64,000 bases of DNA from an uncultured Bacteroidota bacterium (GTDB lineage Bacteria; Bacteroidota; Bacteroidia; Flavobacteriales_D; Parvicellaceae): positions 3,400-67,399 of the forward strand of contig CACAYQ010000001.1 of assembly GCA_902536695.1 (NCBI GenBank). The letters are read 5' to 3'. The position numbers and the translations under genes are program-made. Below the pieces are notes generated by a model that worked only from the letters and a program-made list of their open reading frames with translations, had not been told where the DNA came from and searched no databases. Below are positions 34,420 to 44,200 of this stretch, piece after piece (position 1 is the first letter of the stretch; each line of letters starts with the position of its first letter).

Positions 34420-37404
34420 TTGAAGAAGTTAAAGGTTTATAGATCTTCTGCAGGTTCTGGAAAAACCTTTACTCTTGTTAAACATTACCTAACCATACTT
34501 CTTAATTCAGAGTCTCCTTATACTTTTAAGGAGGTTTTAGCCATAACCTTTACAAATAAGGCTGCTCAGGAAATGAAGGATCGAATTCTACATGAGCTTC
34601 AGTTGATGATCAATGATGTAGATTCAAGTGACATGTTACCATTAATTTCAAAAGACATCTCTATTCACGTTGAATCACTGAAATTAAAATGTAAATCTAT
34701 TTACAGCAAAATCATTCATAATTACAGTGATTTTAATGTGATGACTATTGATCGTTTTACGAATACAATTATTAATGCCTTTTCTAAAGAATTAGACCTT
34801 CTACCTTCTTATGAAATCATATTAGATGAAAAAGAATTTCTAAGTGGAGCTGTTTCTAAATTCATTGATGAATCTTCAGATGATGAGAAATTTTTACAAT
34901 TGGTCTATAATATCATTGATGACTCCATCAAACAAGGACTAAAAACAGATATAGAAAAGCAATTAAACCAACTCGAAAAAATTCTGATTCTAAATCAGCA
35001 AAAAATTAAATATTATGATCAGAATTTCCTTCAAAATATAAGAAGAAGTCTGTCCACAAAGATGAATGATTTGCATGATGAAATTATCCATCAAATAAAT
35101 CAGATAAATCAATCTATTTCACAATATCATATTTTGGAAAAATGGTCAACTTACAATAGGCTTTCAAAACTTATAAAATTGAAGGAAAATCTCATTGAAG
35201 TAGATATTGAGTTCATTATTCAATATGCTAGCTGGATAGATGATAATAAATTATTTAAGAAAAGTCTTTCTAAAACAGAACAAGTTTCGGTAAATACTTT
35301 TCTACAAGTGGTGACACCCTGCATTTATAACCTTCTAGATCATTTAAAAGTGTATGTAAGGTATCGTGAGTCGATTAAGCTATTCGTCCCTTTTCTTATG
35401 GTAAATTCACTATACTCTAAACTAAAAGAATTAAAAACAGAACAAAACATAATTTTAATTTCTGATTTCAATACGCTGATAAGTGACATTATAAATAATG
35501 AGCCAGCTGGATTTATTTTTGAAAGAATAGGAAGTAGGTTTAATCATATACTTGTGGATGAATTTCAGGATACTTCTATGCTACAATGGCATAATCTTGT
35601 TCCTATGATTCACGAGTCTATTTCAAATGGTGGAGAAAATTTAATTGTTGGAGATGCTAAACAAGCTATTTACAGATGGAGAGAAGGTGATGCTCAACAA
35701 TTTATGGACTTACCAAAATTACCTAGCTTAGAAAATAGAGTAGAATACGAAACCTTATTTGAATTTGGATTTGAACAAGGATACCTAGATACAAATTGGA
35801 GGTCTACAACATCAGTTATAAATTTTAATAATGCCATATTCAGTGAAGCTCAAACACTTTTTGAAATAGATAATGTAAAAGATGTATTTCATCGTTCTAA
35901 ACAACTTACATATCGGAAAGATAAAGGATCAGTTGATGTTAACTTCAATGACATTTCTCTTAAAGATTATTTAGAAAGCAGCATAAAAAGTATAATTGAT
36001 GTTGGATATTCATATTCAGATATTACTATTTTAATTAGATCAAGCAAAGATGGTCTGGAAATTGCAAATGCACTTAATCGACTTGATCTTCCCTATATCT
36101 CTGAGGATAGTATTTATTTGTTTTACAGCACACAATTTAAATTATTGTATCATGGTCTAACCTATTTTGAATTTGGAAGTAAAGATAATCTTAAATTATT
36201 TCATCATCATTTATGTGTGCTAAAAGGGGAAGTTGCTTCATATTCCGAATCAATTTTAAATATTGATTTTAGCTATTATCGAAGTTTAAGAGACTATCAC
36301 AAACTTGAATTTATTTTATCATTTTTAAACTTAAACATAAAAGATGCATTTATTGATTGTTTTAATGATCAGTATTTCCAATTTGTGGTCTCAAAAAAAT
36401 ATTCTATTCATAGATTTTTAGATGTTATATGGGACGAATCCAAAAAAATTAGCGTTGATAATAACAATAACAATGCAATTCAAATTCTTACTATTCACAA
36501 ATCAAAGGGTCTAGAATTTCCTGTAGTTATTATGCCTAAAGGAATCTGGTCTACAAAATCAAATTTAAATCAACCATTTATATGGGTAGATGGAGTTAAG
36601 GTTGATCAAAATGAATTTGATTATTTCATTGCTAAAATGAATAAGAAATTATTGACTGCATTAGACATGAAGAGTCTTTATGAAAAAGAAGAGCAAATGA
36701 AAATTTTGGATGATTTAAATCTATATTATGTTGCATTTACCAGAGCAGTCGATCATTTATTTATTCATTTTTCCGGCAACTCAAAGAAAAAAGGAGTTTC
36801 AGATTTAATTATAAATGCAATAAAACTTCATGAATGTTTTAATGAAAATGAAAATAGATTTTTTGATGGATCACTTGAAAAGTATGAAAGGGAAATAAAA
36901 ACCACCAAAAAACAACTATATACTTTAAGTGATGGTGGTTACTCCAATTTTCAAGTAAATTATACTTTAGCTAATGAGAAAACTTTAAATTTTGGCAGTG
37001 TTTTTCATCAAATAATGAGTAAGGTTCTTACAGACTTCACGGATGGATTTAAATTTGCTTTAGAATTAAAAGAGCATTCTAAAATAACGCATAAAGACTA
37101 TCTTACATGTTGTGCTTACCTAGAGGAATTGAGGAAATCCAAAAAATTGTCATTTATATTTAATGATTATGATTTTTTATATACTGAAAAAGAAATTGTA
37201 AGCAGTAAAGGGGAAATTCTGCGAATTGACCGGATGTTTTTTAATCAAAATTGTTGGTGGATCATTGATTATAAAACGGCAAATAAAACACCTTCAGATA
37301 TTAAACAGATAGAGACCTACATTAATGTTCTAAAAGAAATGGGTTATAAAAAAATTAAAGGGTTGTTAATTTATTTACCTCAATTAGAAGTTATTCATGT
37401 TTAA
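34420..37404 (+). CDS. UvrD/REP-type helicase with C-terminal PD-(D/E)XK nuclease (AddA/RecB-like)
   Basis: 994 aa. Motifs SAGSGKTF (I), ITFTNKAAQEMKDRI (Ia), VDEFQDTS (II), GDAKQAIYRWREGD (III), IHKSKGLEF and YVAFTRA (VI). C-terminal nuclease RIDRMF...IIDYKT. The TTG start lies directly after the upstream TAA. Confidence 0.8.
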   Translation: MKKLKVYRSSAGSGKTFTLVKHYLTILLNSESPYTFKEVLAITFTNKAAQEMKDRILHELQLMINDVDSSDMLPLISKDISIHVESLKLKCKSIYSKIIHNYSDFNVMTIDRFTNTIINAFSKELDLLPSYEIILDEKEFLSGAVSKFIDESSDDEKFLQLVYNIIDDSIKQGLKTDIEKQLNQLEKILILNQQKIKYYDQNFLQNIRRSLSTKMNDLHDEIIHQINQINQSISQYHILEKWSTYNRLSKLIKLKENLIEVDIEFIIQYASWIDDNKLFKKSLSKTEQVSVNTFLQVVTPCIYNLLDHLKVYVRYRESIKLFVPFLMVNSLYSKLKELKTEQNIILISDFNTLISDIINNEPAGFIFERIGSRFNHILVDEFQDTSMLQWHNLVPMIHESISNGGENLIVGDAKQAIYRWREGDAQQFMDLPKLPSLENRVEYETLFEFGFEQGYLDTNWRSTTSVINFNNAIFSEAQTLFEIDNVKDVFHRSKQLTYRKDKGSVDVNFNDISLKDYLESSIKSIIDVGYSYSDITILIRSSKDGLEIANALNRLDLPYISEDSIYLFYSTQFKLLYHGLTYFEFGSKDNLKLFHHHLCVLKGEVASYSESILNIDFSYYRSLRDYHKLEFILSFLNLNIKDAFIDCFNDQYFQFVVSKKYSIHRFLDVIWDESKKISVDNNNNNAIQILTIHKSKGLEFPVVIMPKGIWSTKSNLNQPFIWVDGVKVDQNEFDYFIAKMNKKLLTALDMKSLYEKEEQMKILDDLNLYYVAFTRAVDHLFIHFSGNSKKKGVSDLIINAIKLHECFNENENRFFDGSLEKYEREIKTTKKQLYTLSDGGYSNFQVNYTLANEKTLNFGSVFHQIMSKVLTDFTDGFKFALELKEHSKITHKDYLTCCAYLEELRKSKKLSFIFNDYDFLYTEKEIVSSKGEILRIDRMFFNQNCWWIIDYKTANKTPSDIKQIETYINVLKEMGYKKIKGLLIYLPQLEVIHV

Positions 37405-38233
37405 TCAGGTTAGGATAGTCTGTGATGATAGCATCCACACCTATCTTAATCAATTCGTTACTCATTTCAATTTCATTTACAGTCCAAGCAAAAACCTCTA
37501 TATTTTCTTTGTGTGATTTATTAACGAATTTAGGTGTGATTATTTTATAATTCAGTCCAAAAGCATGTGGTGTGAATTTAAGTGATTCTTTAAGTTTTGA
37601 GAAACACTTAAAGGGGTTGTATTCCAATAGCACATATCTTTCCTTTGACATTAGTGTATGTAGTTCGTTTAAGATTTCTGGATCAAATGACATGTAAATG
37701 TAATTTGACTTCAAAGGACTATTTTTCACATGATTATAAATGATATCGGCATATTCTTTTGGGTTCGGATAGTATTCAGATACTAGTGAGGATTCTGATT
37801 TAATTTCAAATAGAACAATACCTTCATACCCAAGGAGTTCTCTTTCTACATCTTTCAGAAGAGGTTTTGATTCAATTACTTTTTCTTGGTTTGGAAATTT
37901 TTCATAATACTTACTTCCGCAGTCAATTAGTTTTATTTCATCAGTAGACATTTCATACAGGTTTTGTTTGGTAAATCCTATCTCTTTATTTACCGGTTGG
38001 CAATATGTGGTGTCTACATAAGGCTCATGGGAAATAATGATCTCATTATTTTTATTAACTACAATATCCCATTCGATCCCGTCTGCACCATATGCAATGG
38101 CTTTTTTAAATCCTTCTATTGTATTTTCCGGATAAGTGCCTCTACATCCTCTATGTCCAATGAATTTAGTTTGCTGTTGAGAAATCGTTTCCATTGTGAT
38201 AAGAAATAATACAAGTGGAAAAATTATTCTCAT
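37391..38233 (-). CDS. secreted glycerophosphodiester phosphodiesterase (GDPD/GlpQ-like)
   Basis: 280 aa with a signal peptide. GDPD strings IGHRGCRGTYPENTIEGF, GADGIEWDI, ISHE and the C-terminal GVDAIITDYP. Confidence 0.88.
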   Translation of the reverse strand: MRIIFPLVLFLITMETISQQQTKFIGHRGCRGTYPENTIEGFKKAIAYGADGIEWDIVVNKNNEIIISHEPYVDTTYCQPVNKEIGFTKQNLYEMSTDEIKLIDCGSKYYEKFPNQEKVIESKPLLKDVERELLGYEGIVLFEIKSESSLVSEYYPNPKEYADIIYNHVKNSPLKSNYIYMSFDPEILNELHTLMSKERYVLLEYNPFKCFSKLKESLKFTPHAFGLNYKIITPKFVNKSHKENIEVFAWTVNEIEMSNELIKIGVDAIITDYPNLIKHE

Positions 38234-41200
38234 TTAAATAAATAAAGGGTTCCACTTTTGCTAAAGAACCCATCTTTGACATTTAGCGTAAAGAAGTAGG
38301 CTCCATTAGGGAGTTCTCCACCTACACTATTTCTCCCATCCCACCTGAGGTTATTTCCAGTTGATATGAATTGCACTTGCCCCCATCTGTTGTAGATAAT
38401 CAGTTCTGTACACTCGTATATTCTTCCTGGTACTTGGATAATGAATTGATCATTTTCTCCATCTCCATTAGGGGTAAAAACGTTAGGGTAGTAGATGTCA
38501 AAATAATTTTCAAATGTGTCTGCATTTCCATTAATGGTAATACTGTTCGTACAGCCCAGTGAATCTTGTACAGTAAGTGTAGCACTAAAACTGCTTCCAA
38601 AGTCAAATATTTTTTCTACACCTGCTAGAGTTGAAGATTCTCCGTCACTAAAGTTCCAAACAAAATTAAACTCGCTATTGGAGGTGTTAGTATATTCTGC
38701 AACAACTCCATCACATCCTGGATCTAGAATCGTGTCGAAAGTAGGTATAGGATTAGAAACATTAACAAAAACGGTATCGATATAATTACATCCTGCAGCA
38801 TTAAAAATATTGACTATATAATTAGTAGGGGTGGTAGGTGATAGAAAAGGGTCATAGATAGTTGGATCTGAAACACCATCTATTGGAGACCAACTGAAAG
38901 TAGTTGCGGGGTCACCACCTATGGTTTTTTGAATAGAATCACCATTACAAATAATGGTATCAGTTCCTGCGTTGGCTATGAATACGGTAATATTTACATC
39001 ATCAAAGTCAATACATCCATTGCTGTCGGTTACTTGAACTGTTAATGTCATATCGTCATTTGGGAAAGCCAATGGATCAGCAAGGGTAGGATGGTTAACA
39101 AAGAAACTAGGTTCCCAAGAGTAAGACACACCACCCGATGCATTGAGTTGTACTCCTTGGTTGTAACATGCACTTACATTGAAACCAGCATCTGCATTAG
39201 CGGAGTCGTACAAGGCAACCATTATGGTATCTGTATTGATACAGCCATTAGTGTCTGTAGTACTAACCACATAGGTTGTTAACGTATCCGGTGTAGCAAT
39301 AGGGTTAGAAATAAGGAAATTACTTAAGTTGATAGGAGTTAACCACTGATATGTACTGCCACCTGTTGCATTAAGTTGAACAGATAATCCAGGACAAATA
39401 GTGGTGTCATTTCCTGCGTCTACATTTGGAAGCGGTAATACCGTAATGGTAATGGCGTCTTGGTCTGTACAGCCATTCCCATCCGTCCCTGTAACGGTAT
39501 AGCTAATGTTGGAATCTGGATTAGCGTTAGGGTAAGGAATAGCGGGATTGGATAAACTATCTATTGGTGACCAAATGTAAGACAGAGCACCTATGGCAAT
39601 GAGTTGGGTTGATGTCCCATAACAAATAGTGTCATTGCCTTGTACTGTTACGGTAGGTAACGAATTAACCGAAATAGTGATGGAATCGGTATTTACACAC
39701 GCATTGGAGTCTGTTACGGTTACGAAATAAGTAGTATCCACTTCATTATAGACTTGAGGATTAGCCACAGAAGTATCCGTGATATTATAATTGGGAGTCC
39801 AAGCATAGGTGTCACCGCTGCTGGCTTGAAGGGTTAGAGAATCATATAGACAGATGCTGGTATTATTTCCGAGGTTAAAATTAGGTAGCGGATTAACAGT
39901 AATTAACATAGAATCGGTCATGTTACAGCCATTGGTATCTGAAATTAGCACATAGAAAAGGGTTGTGTCAGAAGGGAAAACTGTAGCATTCGCAAGGGTG
40001 TCATTGATGATGATGGTATCACCAGTAGAGTTTGTGATGGGAGACCATTGGTAAAAATCACCACCTGTAACAGAAATTGTAGTGGAATCACCAAAGCAAA
40101 TTTGCACATTACTTCCAGTGCTAGCCAAAAGTGTAGGAAAGAAGGTAACAAAAACAGAATCTACACCTGTGCAAGTATCATTGGTTGTATTTACCGTAAA
40201 AAGTGTAGGAGTAATAGGGACTGAACTAGGATTTGCTGAAGTAGAGGAAGTTAATGTAGAAGAAGGAGACCACTGGTATGTACTGCCAAATGGAGAAGTA
40301 GGCGAACCACCAAGGGTAACACTAGTTCCTTCACAAATCGTTAACGTATCTCCACCTGCGTCAGTGGGGACATTAGGATGAACTTCTAAGAATAAGGTAT
40401 CATTATTGCTGCAATTATTAATATCGGTTACTGTAACGACATACGTTTCATTATCAGCAGGGCTAGCATCTGGTGTTTGTATTAAGCCATCGTTTAGTGT
40501 AGAATCGGGAAACCACACATATCCAAGACCCCCAGTTGCATTCAACTGTATAGATCCACCGGGGCATATCCATAAGTCTGGACCTGCATCAGCAATAGGA
40601 AGTGCCAGTACATTTACGGCAACAGAGTCGAAATTTACACATTGATTGGCATCTGTCCCCTTAAGCTGATAAATTATTGTATCAGTTGGCCATACATTAG
40701 GGTTGTTCACAGTGGTACTAGAAATGGTCGTAGTAGTTAACCATTCATAGCTCAAACCGCCTGATGCACTGAGTTGTGCAGTATCACCAAAACAAACATC
40801 CACATTTATACCTGCGTCAACATTAGGAAGATTATTAACAATGATAGAAATTGATCCAGTGTCAGCACAATTATTTGATCCAGTAACTAACACTTGATAT
40901 GTAGTGTTGTTTGTAGGCCAGATGGAAGGGTTATTTATAGTTGTTTGATCTAAAGAATCCGTAGTTAACCATAAGTAACTTACACCACCACTAGCAGAAA
41001 TGGTGATTGAATCACCAATACATAATGAGGTGTCATTAGAAGTTGTTATAGTAGGTAACGCATCTATAGTGATTTGTACGGAATCTATGTTAGCACATCC
41101 ATTAGTATCAGTCCCTGTGACATAGTATTTTGTGTCTGAACCAGGAAAAACAAAAGGGTCAACAACATTAGCATTAGAAATATTAGTTATTGGAGACCAG

Positions 41201-44200
41201 ATGTAAGTAACACCCCCAGAAGCATTTAGTTGAATGGAGTCATCTAAACATATTGAAGCATCATTTCCTGCATCTATATTGGGCAATTGGATTACATTAA
41301 CAGAAACGGTGTCTGAATTGACACAATTATTGGCATCCGTTCCAGTTAATATATATTGTTGATTGGAACTGACTAGGAAGTTTACACCATCTAGTACTCC
41401 ATTATCCCAAGTGTAGGTGATGGCATTTCCAGAAGCCGAAAGACTTGTTGAGTCTCCAATACAAATGAATTGATCAGGTCCTGCATCAATATTTGGCTTT
41501 GGATTTACAAAAACAGTTATCTCTGTAGTGTCCTCACATGTGTTTACGTCACTAACTAATACTTGGCAGATAGTTGTGGTGTCTGGCCAAACCAATGGAT
41601 TACTTATAGATGGATCATTTATTGAATCAGGTGAAATCCAATTAAACGTAATACCACCAAAGGCTTCTATTTGAACAGTATCACCTTGACATATAGTTTG
41701 ATCTCCACCGTTTGTTAGGGTTGGAAGTGGGTTAATATCAATTAATAATGTATCTGTTGTGGTACATCCATTTGCTAAAGAACCAGTTAAGATGTATTGC
41801 TGTGAAGCTGTGGGTGAGGCTGTTGGGTTAGGTATAGTGGGGTCACTTAAAAAGGTATTTGGGCTCCAAAGATAGGTGTCTGCACCAGACCCATTTAATT
41901 GTACAGTTTCATTTATACAAAGATTAATATAACCATCTGTTTCACCCGTAAATGTATTGGGAAGAGGTAGCGCATAGACCGTAAGTGTATCGGTATCCGA
42001 GCAACCAGCTAGCGAAGTTGCAGTAAGAATATATGTTGTGGTGTCGTTGATTTGAATGGTTGTACTATCAATGTATCCGTTATCCCAAGAGTATGAGTTA
42101 GCGTTTCCAGTGGCGTTTAATAATGCACTATCACCAGAACAAACAAATTGATCTGGTCCTGCGCTTAAATTAGGAATATCATTTACTAAAATTTGGAATG
42201 TATCCTTAATAAAGCATCCAAAGCTATTAGTCCCAGTAAATACATATTGAGTAGTTACATTAGGACTAAAAAATGGACTTTGCGAAGTATTATTGTCAAT
42301 AAAGCTATTCGGTTCCCATAAATAAGAGTCAGCAACTACAGGGGCGCTAACGGAAAGAGAATCGTTATTACAAATAGTTTGATCTGTTATTTGATTGAAA
42401 AACGTATTAGCATTATATCTAATCTTTTGTTCATTATTAGATCCGCCAGTGGATGCAGTAAATCCCCAGTAGGTGGCGGTTAATCCTCCAAATACATTGC
42501 TAATTATATCATAATTTAAATTAATCAGTTGAGTCCCGTCAAATTCTACGATAAATTGTTGAGTTGATGGATCCCAATCAAAAACACAATTATGCCATTG
42601 CCCATCTTCTACATTTCCTCCAATCCCAATAGCTTGAGCAGGAGACAAATTGTTTGAACTATTATGGTCCAAAACTCCATCTTTTTGAATAGCAATATGA
42701 TCCGGTGCGATATCATTATATTGGCTATTTTGCCAGGTATCGAATTCAACAAAAAAGGAAGGAGAGATATTTTCGTAACCTAATCCACCGCCTTGAGTTA
42801 GCACTTGGTTACTTAATTGTTGGAGTCCAAAAGCAATTCCATCAGCTCCTGTAGCATTTTGCGTCCCAAAATACAAGTCAACATCAAAATGAAAAGGTTG
42901 ATTTAAATTTACTAAGGTTTGGTTCCAAACAGCTCCAGCATCCCAATTGGTTGCATTTGTTAATAAATATTCATTATTTCCTAGGTTGGCTGCACTTCCG
43001 TTAAGTATGAAGTTATTACTGGCTCCTGGAAGTGGAGATACAAATACGGTCATACTATCTACTCCGCTACATCCATTCGATGTAGTTGATTGGACAAAAT
43101 ACCGAGTGGTTAAACTTGGATAGGCGTCAGTATTTTGATTATTTGGATTGCTTAGTGAGTCAACAGGTGACCATGAATAAGACACTCCATTTCCTGCTGC
43201 ACTTAACTGAACAGAGTCACCAAGGCAAATAGTTTGATCTTGTCCAGCTTCAACCTGACCGCTTTCTACAAATACTTTGACGCTATCAACTCCATAACAA
43301 CCTCCACCTATATCCACGATTAAAAAATAAGTGGTCGTGTCGGTGGGATAAGCATTTGTCAGTAATGTGTTTGGAGATGATAAGGATGGGTCTGGATTAA
43401 GCAAATTGGTAGTATCAGATGTCCACACTGAAGTGTAACCAGGGTTAGCAGTGGTAGTTCCTAATAAAACAGTCGAATCACCAGAGCAAATAATCGAGTC
43501 TGAGCCAGCTTCTACAAGTGGTGCAGGTGAAATAATGACGTTTAGCGGATTAGGGTCAGAAGGGCACCCAAATTGATTTACGGCACTTAAATTTACTGTT
43601 CCAGCTCCAGCATTGGTCCAAAGTACTTGAATACTATCAGTCCAATTTTGGACGATAATTCCTCCAGAAACATTCCAGTCATAACTGGGTATATTAGGGT
43701 TATTTATTACGCTGTAAGTTTCAAGTGAGTTTTGACATATACCAGAAGTACTACCAATAGGTAGACCATTATAAATATATTCATTAATTGTAATGTCAAA
43801 AACTGTATTGGTGGTTTTAGGAGGGCAACCACGATCAGAGACACTCACCGTAAAAATATAAGGAAGAGCTTGTGATTGTCCACATGCTGTTCCCCAACAA
43901 AAAGTAGCATTAATTGTATCGGTACCATTAGGGTCACTTATAATAGAGTCTGTAATAGTTGCTGGAGGATTTGTAATCAATGGATCAAAAATTTGACCAG
44001 TTACTGTTAAAATCATTGAATCTGGGGGTGAGTTTTGGTCATAATATCCGAAATCTACACAAACACTATCTCCCTCTTCTATAACGATGCTAGTATTAGT
44101 TGTACCTGCTTGTGGATTCAAATTAGGTGGAGGGTTAGATGGACAACTTGCTACATTTAGTTGTATTTCTCTAGTTGTAACACCGTAAAGCTGTGAAACA

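Noticed and set aside
28097-37404. UvrD-like helicase plus PD-(D/E)XK nuclease read as an anti-phage defence system (for example a Gabija-like helicase/nuclease pair).
   Set aside because: Sizes, helicase motifs I-VI and the RecB-type nuclease motif at the C-terminus of both proteins fit housekeeping AddA/AddB. There is no ATPase/TOPRIM partner. The intervening genes are metabolic and no mobile-element signatures are present.
38371-40645. Multiple 60-100-aa ORFs on the plus strand (and out-of-frame on the minus strand) inside the giant adhesin gene.
   Set aside because: They lie wholly within a 6.9-kb ORF that has coherent domain architecture. Their translations are low-complexity mirror products of a Gly/Thr/Ser/Asn-rich gene. 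No start context or motifs were seen.
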